Below, piece after piece: positions 48,341-58,785 of a DNA stretch of 64,000 nucleotides (positions within the stretch are counted from its first letter, which is position 1; every line of letters begins with the position of its first letter). A model generated the notes under the pieces. The model was not told the DNA's origin and did no database searches. It was given only the letters and a program-made list of their open reading frames with translations. Origin of the DNA: Candidatus Micrarchaeota archaeon. GTDB lineage: Archaea > Micrarchaeota > Micrarchaeia > Micrarchaeales > CABMGC01. The stretch is taken from contig JAJZJV010000001.1 of assembly GCA_021809925.1 (NCBI GenBank), positions 14,138 through 78,137 of the forward strand. The letters run 5' to 3'. The position numbers were made by a program, and so were the translations under genes.

Positions 48341-48655
48341 ATGATAGAGCTAACTAAAGAAAATTTCGAGAAAGAGGTTCTTCAGTCTAAGGTTCCTGTT
48401 GTTGTGGATTTCTGGGCAACATGGTGTGGTCCATGCAGAATATTCTCTCCCATAATAGAAGATGTCTCAAAGGAATATGCTGGAAAGATAAAATTCGCAA
48501 AACTAGATGTCGACTCTGCACAAGAGATAGCTTCAAAGTATAATATAATGAGCATACCTACTGTGTTGTTGTTTACTGAAGGAAAGACAAAGGCCATGAG
48601 CGTTGGAGCCATACCAAAAGAAAGCCTCAAATCCTGGATAAACAAGAACCTGTAA
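48341..48655 (+). CDS. trx: thioredoxin
   Basis: WCGPC active site. 104 aa. Confidence 0.9.
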   Translation: MIELTKENFEKEVLQSKVPVVVDFWATWCGPCRIFSPIIEDVSKEYAGKIKFAKLDVDSAQEIASKYNIMSIPTVLLFTEGKTKAMSVGAIPKESLKSWINKNL

Positions 48656-48664
48656 GATGGTAAG

Positions 48665-49930
48665 ATGCCTTTTAATCTGCCGCGAGGAGTCAGAGACTAT
48701 GGTCCATCCGAAGCAATAGCTTTGCATGAGACAATCTCTGTTGTAGAGGAGATATTCAAGCGTTTTGGTTTCTACCCTATAATGACGCCAGCACTAGAAT
48801 CCATAGAAACCCTTAACTCAAAAGTATATGGAGAAGAGTCAACTAAAGAAATATTCCTTCTTCAGGATGGAGAATCTGGATTGAGATTCGATCTTACGGT
48901 TCCTCTTGCGAGATTTGTTGCCGGAAGGAAAGATCTGCCTCTCCCTTTCAAAAGATATCAGATAGACAGGGCGTGGAGGAAGGACGAGCCGCAGCACATG
49001 CGATTCAGGGAATTTATTCAGGCAGATATAGATATAATCGGGGCAAGTGAGACAAAGAGTGACGCCGAAGTCATAGCAGCAACCGCAAAGGCTCTCGAAG
49101 CGCTTGGAATCGATTACACAATTTTCATAAATCATCGCGTTCTGCTCTCATCAATCCTTGATTTTTTCAAGATTCCAGCATCAAAGCACCCTACTGTGAT
49201 GAGGATACTGGATAAAATGGCCAAGATCCAGCATGAGGAACTGATAAGCCAGATGGCCTCAGCAGGGATAGCTCTCAGGCTCGCAGAGGATCTTTTCATG
49301 TTTCTTACTGAGAAGAAAACAAACAGTGATCTTCTTGGAAAGATCTCCGGAAGCCTTGGCGGTGAGACTCCTGAGCTCAGAGCAATCAGCGAACTCTTAG
49401 AGATCCTCATGCAATACGGACTCAGGGGAAAGATTGAGATAGACCTTTCTCTAGCGCGGGGCCTCGATTACTACACCGGCTTCATATATGAATTTGTATC
49501 GTTCCACGAGGGAAAACGCCTTCCAACAATCGCCTCTGGGGGAAGATATGATAACCTAATAGGAGCATTTTCCAAAGCTTCCCTGCCTGCTGTGGGATGC
49601 AGCGTTGGGATAAGCCGAGTAGTCGATCTAATTAATAGTGGAAGCAGGAAAACAGCAGCAAACATATTTGTTGCATATATCGCAGAAGAAGATTTCCCTT
49701 ATGCTCTTGAAGTCGCAAATTCCCTAAGGGAAAGCGGCAAGTATGTTGACATGAACCTTCACAAGAGAAGCATCTCTAAGCAGCTCGAGTATGTGAACGC
49801 TCTTGGGATAAAGTATGTTGCAATAATCGGCAAGATAGAAAGGGAGGCCGGCAAGGTCAAGCTTAGGAATATGCTCAGCGGAGAAGAGGAATTGGTCGCA
49901 GTTGCTGATATTAATAAGAAAGTGAGATGA
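48665..49930 (+). CDS. hisS: histidyl-tRNA synthetase
   Basis: Class II motifs including RGLDYYTG and GGRYDNL. Confidence 0.95.
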   Translation: MPFNLPRGVRDYGPSEAIALHETISVVEEIFKRFGFYPIMTPALESIETLNSKVYGEESTKEIFLLQDGESGLRFDLTVPLARFVAGRKDLPLPFKRYQIDRAWRKDEPQHMRFREFIQADIDIIGASETKSDAEVIAATAKALEALGIDYTIFINHRVLLSSILDFFKIPASKHPTVMRILDKMAKIQHEELISQMASAGIALRLAEDLFMFLTEKKTNSDLLGKISGSLGGETPELRAISELLEILMQYGLRGKIEIDLSLARGLDYYTGFIYEFVSFHEGKRLPTIASGGRYDNLIGAFSKASLPAVGCSVGISRVVDLINSGSRKTAANIFVAYIAEEDFPYALEVANSLRESGKYVDMNLHKRSISKQLEYVNALGIKYVAIIGKIEREAGKVKLRNMLSGEEELVAVADINKKVR

Positions 49931-49934
49931 AAAC

Positions 49935-50435
49935 ATGGTTTCAGACGTGGAAGAAATTACAGAAAAGACAATATCTAAAGGTGGAATATTGGCAAAGCTT
50001 TATTTTGATATGCAGGGTGAAAAAGGCGAGGAGCTGCAGCCGCTCATGGCTGATCTGATAAATAACCGGCTCCTGAAGTCTCCTGGAGTTGTCTATTGTT
50101 TTGGCAGCATAGAAGAACCGATAATGATAGAAGGTTATTTCTCAACAAGTGCAGCAATAACGACTCTTTTCAAGGATCTAGGGGCCGCGATAAATGTTGT
50201 CTTCAATTTTGCGCCGATAGGGATAGAAGTACTGAAGCCTTCTGGGGAATACTCTGTAAAGACCAGCAATCTACAATCAATACTGATAGATCTATCCAAC
50301 ATATCTACAAACTACTCCACATACATAATGAACAACGTCCTGAGCCCTGACGAGAAAACCAGGCTCGAAGAAGAGGTGAAGAGGAGGAAAGCCTTGGGAA
50401 ACCACATGCTCGACAAGCATGGAAAGGAGAGTTGA
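49935..50435 (+). CDS. hypothetical protein
   Basis: 166-aa ORF starting 4 nt after hisS. No motif I recognise. Confidence 0.4.
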   Translation: MVSDVEEITEKTISKGGILAKLYFDMQGEKGEELQPLMADLINNRLLKSPGVVYCFGSIEEPIMIEGYFSTSAAITTLFKDLGAAINVVFNFAPIGIEVLKPSGEYSVKTSNLQSILIDLSNISTNYSTYIMNNVLSPDEKTRLEEEVKRRKALGNHMLDKHGKES

Positions 50436-50472
50436 TACACCCCAGCTTATTGTGCAACAGCACAATGTCTCA

Positions 50473-51567
50473 TCATGCGCTTCTAAGCAAAGCTCTCTTT
50501 ATCATCAGGCTTGGCCTGTCCATATCTCCATATTTTCCAAGGAAAGAATCTACTCCAAGCCATCGCATACACTTCAGCCCTATTCCTATGCTCCTATTCC
50601 CAATCCTGGAGTAAAGACTATTTATGACTTTATGGAGAGCCATATCAAGCCCGTATTCCTTAACGAATCTTTTTTCGTAACTTGCCAGACTGGTCCCATC
50701 CTCAATATGTCTTTGGATCTCTTCTGCTGCAATTATCGCAGCGTTGCTCCCGAATATGATCCCGCCTCCTGTTGAGGCCTTTACCTGTCCTGCCGAATCC
50801 CCTACCAAAAGTACCTCTGCCACGTTATCAACTACCTGTTCTCTCCTGGATATTGGGATCATACTTGCTCCGCCATCAATCATCCTGGCCCCATCTATTA
50901 TCTTAGTGATCTCCTTTGTTTTGATGAATCTTTCAAACGCCTTCTTCGCATTGCCTTTTTTAGAATCTATGCCAACCCCCACTTCTAAAATATCCTCTGA
51001 GTTTGGACATAGCCATCCGAACAGTCCTGGGGTTGTCTCCCTATCAAAAAAGAGATCAACAACACCCCCTCTTCCTCCAACATTGAACTCTGCTTTATAT
51101 GTTAGCACATACCTCCCAATCGATCCCATCCCAAAATGCGCAGCAACAGAAGAGAAAGCCCCATCAGCGCCAAGTATTATGCTTGAAGCATGCAATACAT
51201 CAAGTTCTGTTCCAGTGACTCTTTTTCCGAGATTCATTCGCACGCCTTCACGCACAGCCTCTTCTATGCAAATCTCATTCAACTCCTTTCTGTCCAAAAC
51301 GCACGCTTTCGCTTCTTTTGATCGTATCTCAATATTCTCACCCCCTGCATGTATATTGGCTCCATATAATCTATTGGTGGATGCTTTATGATAATCAACA
51401 TCCAATGTCTTAAGCCCAGAGAGCGAGAGTATTCCAGAAGCATGTATTTGCGATCCAGGAACTGATTTTTGATCATAAATACTAACTTTGATATCCTTTC
51501 TGCAAAGCTCTCTTGCCGCAATCAGCCCAGCAGTGCCAGCCCCTATTACAGATACAGTGCTCTTCAT
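50473..51567 (-). CDS. geranylgeranyl reductase-family flavoprotein
   Basis: N-terminal VIGAGTAGLIAAREL FAD fold, and GDSAG later in the sequence. Confidence 0.8.
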   Translation of the reverse strand: MKSTVSVIGAGTAGLIAARELCRKDIKVSIYDQKSVPGSQIHASGILSLSGLKTLDVDYHKASTNRLYGANIHAGGENIEIRSKEAKACVLDRKELNEICIEEAVREGVRMNLGKRVTGTELDVLHASSIILGADGAFSSVAAHFGMGSIGRYVLTYKAEFNVGGRGGVVDLFFDRETTPGLFGWLCPNSEDILEVGVGIDSKKGNAKKAFERFIKTKEITKIIDGARMIDGGASMIPISRREQVVDNVAEVLLVGDSAGQVKASTGGGIIFGSNAAIIAAEEIQRHIEDGTSLASYEKRFVKEYGLDMALHKVINSLYSRIGNRSIGIGLKCMRWLGVDSFLGKYGDMDRPSLMIKRALLRSA

Positions 51568-51676
51568 GCCGATCTTTTTATAATTTTATAATGTTATAAT
51601 CATCTGTCAAGAAAGGCTATATACATGATTATGCATCATTGCATGTATCTGGAATAGCACAGATTTCTGTTTAACA

Positions 51677-52834
51677 ATGGTGTATGGCTCAATGAAAGTG
51701 ATCATAGCGCAACCCTATCTTAACATCAAGGGAGGAGCGGAACGGGTGGTATTAGAGATAGCAAAGCATTACGATGCCAAAATATATACGCTAGAGTATG
51801 ACAAGAAGAATACCTTTGAAGGCTTCTCAGAGCTCGACATAAACATAATCGGGAAGGACATTCCATTGTCTGGAATGTTGCCCTACAAAGCCTCGCAAGG
51901 CCTAAGGTTTGGATATAATTTCTATAACCTGGAGTTAAAGGAAGATTATGATGTAATAAATGCACACATCTCTCCCAGCGAATGGATAAGGCACAAAAAT
52001 AAGGGCGTATTGTGGTATTGCCACACTCCTCCCAGGGAGGTTTATGATCTTTACGCAGAAAGGATGAAATATAGGACATACAAGGAAAAGTTCATATATG
52101 CGACAATGGCAAAAGCCTACAAGATGGTCTCGCATAAGGTAGTCGGCAAGATAGAGTGTATAGCCACAAACAGCGAGACCACAAAGGAAAGAATCGCCAG
52201 ATACTTCGAAAGGGAAGCAGATGTAGCAAACCCAGGAATAGATTACAATGCATTTGAGAACAAAGCCTATGAAAAATTCTTTTTTTATCCCTCGCGCATA
52301 ACTCCGAACAAAAGACAGGATTATGTAATCAATGCTTTCAAGAAGTTCGTCTCAAAGACTGGCAGAAAAGATTACCGCCTGGTCCTTGCTGGTGCACTAT
52401 CAAAGAATCCAGAGCATATCGCATACCTTACCAAAATAAAAAAACTTTCCAACGGTCTAAATGTTAAGATAATCACGAACATCTCGGACAAGGAGCTCAA
52501 AGGCCTATATTCAAGGGCATATGCGGTGTTGTTTGCCGCAATAAATGAAGATTATGGTTACATCCCTCTAGAAGCTATGGCAAGCCGCAAGCCAGTGATC
52601 TCCGTCAACGAAGGCGGACCAAAAGAGACGGTTCTCGACGGCAAAACTGGCTTTCTAGTAAACTCTGATAAGGAGATGGGAGATAAGATGGCAATGCTTG
52701 TGGATCATCCATCTACTGCAGAGCAGATGGGCAAAGAAGGGCAGAAACGCGTATCATTGCTTTACTCTTGGAAAGCATTCTTCAAAAAATTCGATTCCTT
52801 GTTAGAGGATACAAAGAAAAGATCAGATCTCTAA
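51677..52834 (+). CDS. GT4-family glycosyltransferase
   Basis: EDYGYIPLEAMASRKPVISVNEGGPKETV (E-x7-E region). Confidence 0.8.
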   Translation: MVYGSMKVIIAQPYLNIKGGAERVVLEIAKHYDAKIYTLEYDKKNTFEGFSELDINIIGKDIPLSGMLPYKASQGLRFGYNFYNLELKEDYDVINAHISPSEWIRHKNKGVLWYCHTPPREVYDLYAERMKYRTYKEKFIYATMAKAYKMVSHKVVGKIECIATNSETTKERIARYFEREADVANPGIDYNAFENKAYEKFFFYPSRITPNKRQDYVINAFKKFVSKTGRKDYRLVLAGALSKNPEHIAYLTKIKKLSNGLNVKIITNISDKELKGLYSRAYAVLFAAINEDYGYIPLEAMASRKPVISVNEGGPKETVLDGKTGFLVNSDKEMGDKMAMLVDHPSTAEQMGKEGQKRVSLLYSWKAFFKKFDSLLEDTKKRSDL

Positions 52835-53142
52835 TCAAGAACATATTTTGAGATTATCTTAGCAGCACGCTCAAGCACTGCCTTTATATCCTTCTCTGTA
52901 TTAAGCCCTGTGCAGATGAGCTTGCCGTTCTTGAATAATATTATGGCAGCTTTTGTATCTTTCATCCTGAATATCGCTCCAGGAAACTGCTCTGGCTCAT
53001 AATCCACCTCCTTAACACCCTTAGAAAGCGCATAGAGGTCTATGTTTGCATGAAGGTCAGCACTCACCACAATGTTCTGTATCTTTATGATGGGCCTTAT
53101 ATTAATCTCCTTCATCACCGGAGCCGCTTCCTGCTTGCTCAT
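52831..53142 (-). CDS. single-repeat TATA-binding-protein-like protein (half-TBP)
   Basis: IQNIVVSADLHANIDL...DYEPEQFPGAIFRMKDTKAAIILFKNGKLICTGLNTEKDI matches one TBP repeat almost motif for motif. The protein is only 103 aa, and no second repeat appears in any frame upstream. Confidence 0.8.
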   Translation of the reverse strand: MSKQEAAPVMKEINIRPIIKIQNIVVSADLHANIDLYALSKGVKEVDYEPEQFPGAIFRMKDTKAAIILFKNGKLICTGLNTEKDIKAVLERAAKIISKYVLD

Positions 53143-53162
53143 AATATCACTAGACTATAACG

Positions 53163-53174
53163 ATATTTAATAAA
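53163..53174 (-). promoter_or_regulatory. TATA-like box for the half-TBP gene
   Basis: The minus strand reads tttattaaatat, centred about 27 nt upstream of the ATG. This suggests a leaderless transcript with its own promoter. Confidence 0.3.
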
Positions 53175-53242
53175 GATGAACTACTTTTTAATTCTTTCGC
53201 TGGCAGAGGCAAAGCTAATAATCTAAAAACAATATTATTTTT

Positions 53243-53656
53243 ATGCAAAGGCAAACATCCCGCACCAGCGGAGAAGCACTTAAATTGATAAAGGCCCAAG
53301 AACGTACTCTCGACAGCATCCAGGAATACATTGCCTCGCAGAAGGGTACATCTCCAGATCCAAAAATTGCCCAAAAACTAAGGCACATAAGAAACAATCT
53401 CCTCGTTGGATTTTCTCTCTTATCTAGAAAGGAAGAGGAAGAATACGCGCGCTCAACTTCCGAGGATGCTGTATGGAGAAGGTATGGCGTCTCCTTGACT
53501 TCTGGGTATACTTTTATAGGGTTTTTCCCTCCTATAATGTATCTATCTTTTATCGATTTCGGGTTTATATCTCTCATCTGGAATCCATACTGTAGCAAGA
53601 CCGATTCTGAAACTGCTATCAAAGCAATACTTAAATCTTTGAAAAGAACTACATAA
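53243..53656 (+). CDS. hypothetical small membrane protein
   Basis: Helical N-terminal half and a hydrophobic C-terminal half. It competes with an antisense ORF at 53215-53622. I prefer the plus strand because it is co-oriented with the dnaK operon. Confidence 0.3.
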   Translation: MQRQTSRTSGEALKLIKAQERTLDSIQEYIASQKGTSPDPKIAQKLRHIRNNLLVGFSLLSRKEEEEYARSTSEDAVWRRYGVSLTSGYTFIGFFPPIMYLSFIDFGFISLIWNPYCSKTDSETAIKAILKSLKRTT

Positions 53657-53726
53657 TGTTATTATTTTCAACTTTTTGTTGAAAAAAAGCAAAAATTTAT
53701 ATACTTTGATGTACATAATACTTTCG

Positions 53727-54137
53727 ATGGGAGTCACAGAAAAGATCGTAATCAAAACAGTCAACAGACCCGATGGAAAGGACATCGAGGCGCTCTCAGG
53801 TTGGTTCTGCAAGGTCTTCGACCTATCAAATGGGAGAAGTGCTATAGAACCTCTAATATTACAGGAGATAGCAAACACAAGCCTCAAGGGTGACGGGACG
53901 ACAAGCAAGATGCTGAATAAAAAACTCTCAGTCCCAAGAAGCACAGTCATATATCATCTTAACAGATTCATATATTCTGGTCTTGTGATCAGGCGTGGCA
54001 GAAAATACTTCTTGCGTTCAAATGATATGGTAAGCACACTTGAAGACCTTCAAGGTGAGATATTGAGAGAGTTCAGCAGGCTGATAGAGTTTGCAGAAAA
54101 AATGGATGAGATAATAGAGGGCGGTATTGATGAGTGA
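53727..54137 (+). CDS. winged-helix regulator upstream of grpE
   Basis: SKMLNKKLSVPRSTVIYHLNRFIYSGLVIRRGRKYFL wHTH. It overlaps the grpE start by 11 nt. Confidence 0.5.
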   Translation: MGVTEKIVIKTVNRPDGKDIEALSGWFCKVFDLSNGRSAIEPLILQEIANTSLKGDGTTSKMLNKKLSVPRSTVIYHLNRFIYSGLVIRRGRKYFLRSNDMVSTLEDLQGEILREFSRLIEFAEKMDEIIEGGIDE

Positions 54138-54618
54138 GGAGAATAAGGATACCAACAACAAACAGGAGAAACAGAATGATAAAGTTCTTGAGGAACTCAG
54201 CGACAGGCATCTTAGGTTGGCAGCAGAATTCGATAACTACAAGAAAAGGACAACGAAAGATGTTGAGAACTCAAGAAAGTCGGGGAAAGCCGAACTCGTA
54301 TCAAAACTCCTGCCAGTACTTGACGAGTTCGAAATAGCAATATCATCAATAGAGAATACAAACAGCAAAAAAGGAATCGAGCTTATATTTTCGAACTTTG
54401 TAACAGCGCTAAGAAACGAGGGTCTCTCAGAGATAAACGCGGAAGGCATTTACGACCCATATAAGCATGAGATAATAATGGTCGCCGAAAGCAAGGAAGC
54501 CGAAGGCACCATAATAGAGACAGTACGAAAAGGATACATGTTTAATGGCATTATGTTGAGGCCGGCTTCTGTAATAATATCAAAGCCGAAGAATCCTGAA
54601 GAAAAGGAGAGCAAATAG
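54127..54618 (+). CDS. grpE: GrpE nucleotide exchange factor
   Basis: [13 protein letters not shown] signature and a C-terminal beta domain. Confidence 0.9.
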   Translation: MMSEENKDTNNKQEKQNDKVLEELSDRHLRLAAEFDNYKKRTTKDVENSRKSGKAELVSKLLPVLDEFEIAISSIENTNSKKGIELIFSNFVTALRNEGLSEINAEGIYDPYKHEIIMVAESKEAEGTIIETVRKGYMFNGIMLRPASVIISKPKNPEEKESK

Positions 54619-54626
54619 GTGGTAAT

Positions 54627-56480
54627 ATGAAAATAATAGGAATAGATTTAGGAACGTCAAACTCAGCTGCAGCGGTACTGGAAGGAGGAAAACCTGTACT
54701 GATACCAAGCGCAGAAGGAGCATCTCTTTATGGGAAATCCTTCCCAAGCTATGTTGCATTTACAAAAGACGGCCAGCGCCTGGTCGGAGAGCCGGCAAAG
54801 AGGCAAGCAGTAGCAAATTCAGAAGGCACTCTTAGCACATTCAAGAGAAAAATGGGCACAGACTTCAAGTACAAGGTCTTTGGAAAAGAGTACTCACCAC
54901 AGGAGCTTTCTGCAATGATACTTCAGAAGATAAAGAAGGATGCCGAGGCTTTTCTCGGCGAGGAGGTAAAGAAGGCAGTCATCACAGTGCCTGCATACTT
55001 TAATGACAATCAGAGACAGGCGACAAAAGATGCCGGAGAGATAGCTGGCCTGGAAGTCGTAAGGCTTGTGAACGAGCCTACTGCAGCATCCCTTGCATAT
55101 GGCCTTGACAAGCAGAGCAAGGAGCTCAAGGTCCTTGTCTATGATTTTGGGGGAGGAACTCTCGATGTCACGATAATGGAATCTGGAAATGGTGTCTTCG
55201 AGGTGAAGGCGACAAGCGGAGATACGCAACTTGGAGGAACAGACATGGACAATGCTATAGTCACATTCCTCCTCTCAGAGCTCAAGAAGCAGACCGGAAC
55301 AGATGTCTCAAAGGATGGTCAGGCAATGCAAAGGATAAGAGAGGCAGCAGAGAAGGCAAAGATCGAGCTATCAACAACACTTACAACAGAGGTGAATCTG
55401 CCATTCATAACAATGGCAAACAATGCGCCGGTGCACTTCACCTATTCCTTTACCAGAGCAAAACTCGAAGAGATAGTGGTGCCGATAGTCGAAAAGACAA
55501 CAAAACCAGTGATGCAGGCCATGAAGGATTCAAAACTCGAGCCAAAAGACATTGACAAGGTAATACTCGTTGGAGGTCCAACAAGGATGCCAATCGTACA
55601 GAGGTATGTCGAGCAGCTTCTTGGCAAAAAGATTGAGCGAGGCGTGGATCCAATGGAAGCCGTAGCTTTTGGGGCAGCGATACAGGCAGGAGTACTCACC
55701 GGCGAGGTCAAAGACATCGTGCTTCTTGATGTAACTCCTCTTTCCCTTGGCTTGGAGACTCTTGGCGGAGTCATGACAAAGCTCATAGAGAAGAATACAA
55801 CAATACCTGTAAAGAAGACACAGCCATTCACCACTGCTGAGGATAATCAGCCTGCCGTAGATATACACATAATACAAGGCGAGAGACCTCTTGCAAAGGA
55901 CAACATCGAGCTTGGAAAATTCTCATTAACAGGATTGCCTCCTGCAAGAAGGGGCGTTCCACAGATAGAAGTGACATTCGACATAGATGCGAACGGAATC
56001 CTTCACGTGAGCGCCAAGGACAAGGCGACGGGAAAGGAGCAGCACATGCAGGTGATAGCTCCAAACAAGATGAATAGGGATGAGATCGAGAAGAAGATAC
56101 GGGAAGCAGAGGACTTTGCAGAATCTGATAAGAAAACACTCGAGCTGATAGAGGCCAAGAACAACGCAGAATCCCTTGTCTACCAGGCAGAGAGAACAAT
56201 CTCTGACTACAAAGACAAGATACCACAAGAGCAGCAGGAGAAGGCAGAGGAATCCAGGAAGGCGCTTGAAGAATCCCTAAAGACCGAAGATCTTGATACA
56301 ATAAAGAGCAAAACTGAGGATCTTGTAAAGCTTCTTCAAGAGATAAGCCAGGGCATGTATCAGCAAGGTCAGGGAGAGAGTGCTTCTGGAGCAGGCCCTG
56401 AAGATGCCACTGGTCCTGATGGAACCAAACAAAGTCCTGATGACGGGACCGTCGATGCAGACTTCAAGGTAGAGAAGTGA
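54627..56480 (+). CDS. dnaK: Hsp70 chaperone DnaK
   Basis: [19 protein letters not shown] and [11 protein letters not shown] motifs. Confidence 0.97.
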   Translation: MKIIGIDLGTSNSAAAVLEGGKPVLIPSAEGASLYGKSFPSYVAFTKDGQRLVGEPAKRQAVANSEGTLSTFKRKMGTDFKYKVFGKEYSPQELSAMILQKIKKDAEAFLGEEVKKAVITVPAYFNDNQRQATKDAGEIAGLEVVRLVNEPTAASLAYGLDKQSKELKVLVYDFGGGTLDVTIMESGNGVFEVKATSGDTQLGGTDMDNAIVTFLLSELKKQTGTDVSKDGQAMQRIREAAEKAKIELSTTLTTEVNLPFITMANNAPVHFTYSFTRAKLEEIVVPIVEKTTKPVMQAMKDSKLEPKDIDKVILVGGPTRMPIVQRYVEQLLGKKIERGVDPMEAVAFGAAIQAGVLTGEVKDIVLLDVTPLSLGLETLGGVMTKLIEKNTTIPVKKTQPFTTAEDNQPAVDIHIIQGERPLAKDNIELGKFSLTGLPPARRGVPQIEVTFDIDANGILHVSAKDKATGKEQHMQVIAPNKMNRDEIEKKIREAEDFAESDKKTLELIEAKNNAESLVYQAERTISDYKDKIPQEQQEKAEESRKALEESLKTEDLDTIKSKTEDLVKLLQEISQGMYQQGQGESASGAGPEDATGPDGTKQSPDDGTVDADFKVEK

Positions 56481-56487
56481 TAACTTA

Positions 56488-57606
56488 ATGGAAGATTATT
56501 ACAGCCTTCTCGGAGTCCAGAAAAACGCCACAAAAGAAGAGATAAAAAAAGCATACAGGGATCTAGCTCTAAAGTATCATCCGGACAGAAACAAGGATGC
56601 AGGCGCAGAAGAAAAGTTCAAGAAGATAAACGAAGCGTACGCGGTGCTTAGTGACGAGACAAAACGCAGGCAATACGATGCATATGGCCCCGAACAGTTT
56701 GGAAGACAGTACTCTGAACAAGATATATTCCGCAACTTCAATTTCGGAGACCTCTTCAAGGAAATGGGGGCAAACATCAACATGGGCGATAGCGATTTCG
56801 ACATCTTCGGAAACCTCTTCGGTCAGGGACAACGCGGAAGGGATGTTGGGCAGAGCATACTCTTCAGGATGGACCTTACCTTGGAAGAGATCTCTGATGG
56901 AGCTCAGAAGGAGATCACCCTCAGACACAGAAAGAAATGCGCGCATTGTGGCGGAAGCGGCGGAGAGCCGGGCTCAAAGCAGAGCAAATGTCCCAAATGT
57001 GAAGGTGCAGGAAGAGTGACTGTAATAACCTCCTCGTTCCTGGGAAGAATACAATCCGTCACTACATGCGACATCTGCGCGGGTTCTGGCAAAGTTTATG
57101 AGCGGCGTTGCAGAACGTGCAACGGCAAAGGCGGCGTAATAGGGAACGACAAGATAAACATTACAATACCTGCTGGAGTGAAGGAGGGTATGAGATTAAA
57201 GCTTGACAGGATGGGGGACTTTGGCAAGGATGCATCTGGAGACCTCTTCATAGAGGTACATCTCTTAAAGCACAAGATCTTCGAAAGGGTCAATGACAAT
57301 GACATATTCGCTGAGGTAAGCGTGCCCTTCTATAAATTAATACTGGGTGGAAAGGCGCTCGTGCCTACCCTGAAAGGCGAGAAAGAGATATCAATAGATC
57401 AAGGAACAGAACCAGGCAAGAAGATCACCATAAAAGGCGAAGGCATAAAGAAATTCGGTTCAGCCTCCCGCGGAGATGAGATACTTCGCATAAACGCATC
57501 CCTTCCTAAAAACCTCACTCCTGAAGAGAGAGAAGCCATAGAACATTTCAGGGATGCCAGCGAAAGCGGGAAAGAGGACTCAAAAAAACGCTTCGGCTTC
57601 TTCTAA
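56488..57606 (+). CDS. dnaJ: Hsp40 co-chaperone DnaJ
   Basis: J-domain HPDRN and four CxxCxGxG repeats. Confidence 0.95.
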   Translation: MEDYYSLLGVQKNATKEEIKKAYRDLALKYHPDRNKDAGAEEKFKKINEAYAVLSDETKRRQYDAYGPEQFGRQYSEQDIFRNFNFGDLFKEMGANINMGDSDFDIFGNLFGQGQRGRDVGQSILFRMDLTLEEISDGAQKEITLRHRKKCAHCGGSGGEPGSKQSKCPKCEGAGRVTVITSSFLGRIQSVTTCDICAGSGKVYERRCRTCNGKGGVIGNDKINITIPAGVKEGMRLKLDRMGDFGKDASGDLFIEVHLLKHKIFERVNDNDIFAEVSVPFYKLILGGKALVPTLKGEKEISIDQGTEPGKKITIKGEGIKKFGSASRGDEILRINASLPKNLTPEEREAIEHFRDASESGKEDSKKRFGFF

Positions 57607-57661
57607 TTCTCTTGACCGATGTTATTTTAAATTTAAATAACATCTTACTACTGTGTATTCC

Positions 57662-58783
57662 ATGCCTGATTTTAGCGTAACTCCATACGATGTGGAAGGC
57701 CAGATTGATTATGATGCTATTGTACAACGCTTCGGCATAAAGCCATTGGATGACGAACTGGAGCAGAGAATCAAGAAAATAGCTGGAGAGAGCCACTTTA
57801 TGATAAGGCGTAGAATATACTTCGCACAAAGAGACATGAACTGGCTTCTTGACCAGTACGAGAAAGGGAATAAGTTTTATCTTTACACAGGGATAGCTCC
57901 TTCTGGAAGGATGACCATGGCGCATCTGATTCCATTCTTATTAACTAAATGGTTGCAGGATAAGTTCGATGCCGAGGTATACATCTACATACCAGACGAA
58001 GAAAAGTTTCTTGCAAAGAGGGATCCTACCCTGACTCTTGACAAGGTGCACTCTTTGGCATATGAGGACGCACTTGACATAGTCTCGCTTGGATATAACC
58101 CAAAGAAGACTAAGATATTTCTCTCTACAGAATACGCAAAAACTCTTTATAAGCAGGCAGTTCGTGTTGCAAAACACATAACATTTTCGATGGTAAAGGA
58201 TGCATTCGGATTTACCAACGAGACAAATGTGGGCACTCTCTTTTACACAAGCCTACAATCCGTTCCGGCATTTTTGAGATCTGTTGAGGAAAATAAGAAT
58301 GTGCCATGTTTGATACCCCTCGGAGTGGACCAGGATGTGCATTTCAGGATAGCGAGGGATGTAATGGTAAAGCTGGGATATTATAAGCCATCGATAATCC
58401 ATGCCAAGTTTCTACCTGGTCTGGACGGCCGCCCAAAGATGTCCTCTAGTGATCCGAACAACACCATCTACCTTAACGACTCTCCCGAAATAGTCAAAAA
58501 TAAGATCAATAAAGCGATAACCGGCCAGCAATCTACGGCAGAGCTGCAAAAAAAACTCGGAGGGAATCCGGACAGATGTGCAGTATGCCAGTACTACAGG
58601 TATATTTTTGAACCCGACGACGAGAAACTCGCCAAGATCTTCGAAGGTGAAAGAAAAGGTACACTTCTCGCCGGTGAGCACAAGAGGGATCTTGCCGAGA
58701 GGATAAACGCTTTCCTTAAAGAACACAATAAGAGGAAGGAAGAGCTACGCCAACATCTTGACGATTTCATGGTGAGGGACTGA
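57662..58783 (+). CDS. trpS: tryptophanyl-tRNA synthetase
   Basis: TGIAPSGRMTMAHL (HIGH region) and KMSSS. I prefer the ATG at 57662 over the GTG at 57653. Confidence 0.9.
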   Translation: MPDFSVTPYDVEGQIDYDAIVQRFGIKPLDDELEQRIKKIAGESHFMIRRRIYFAQRDMNWLLDQYEKGNKFYLYTGIAPSGRMTMAHLIPFLLTKWLQDKFDAEVYIYIPDEEKFLAKRDPTLTLDKVHSLAYEDALDIVSLGYNPKKTKIFLSTEYAKTLYKQAVRVAKHITFSMVKDAFGFTNETNVGTLFYTSLQSVPAFLRSVEENKNVPCLIPLGVDQDVHFRIARDVMVKLGYYKPSIIHAKFLPGLDGRPKMSSSDPNNTIYLNDSPEIVKNKINKAITGQQSTAELQKKLGGNPDRCAVCQYYRYIFEPDDEKLAKIFEGERKGTLLAGEHKRDLAERINAFLKEHNKRKEELRQHLDDFMVRD

Positions 58784-58785
58784 GA

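Noticed and set aside
53215-53622. A minus-strand 135-aa ORF competing with the plus-strand ORF at 53243-53656.
   Set aside because: Its C-terminal half is Cys/Trp/Ser-rich and looks non-coding, and the plus-strand ORF is co-oriented with the downstream operon. Neither call is strong.
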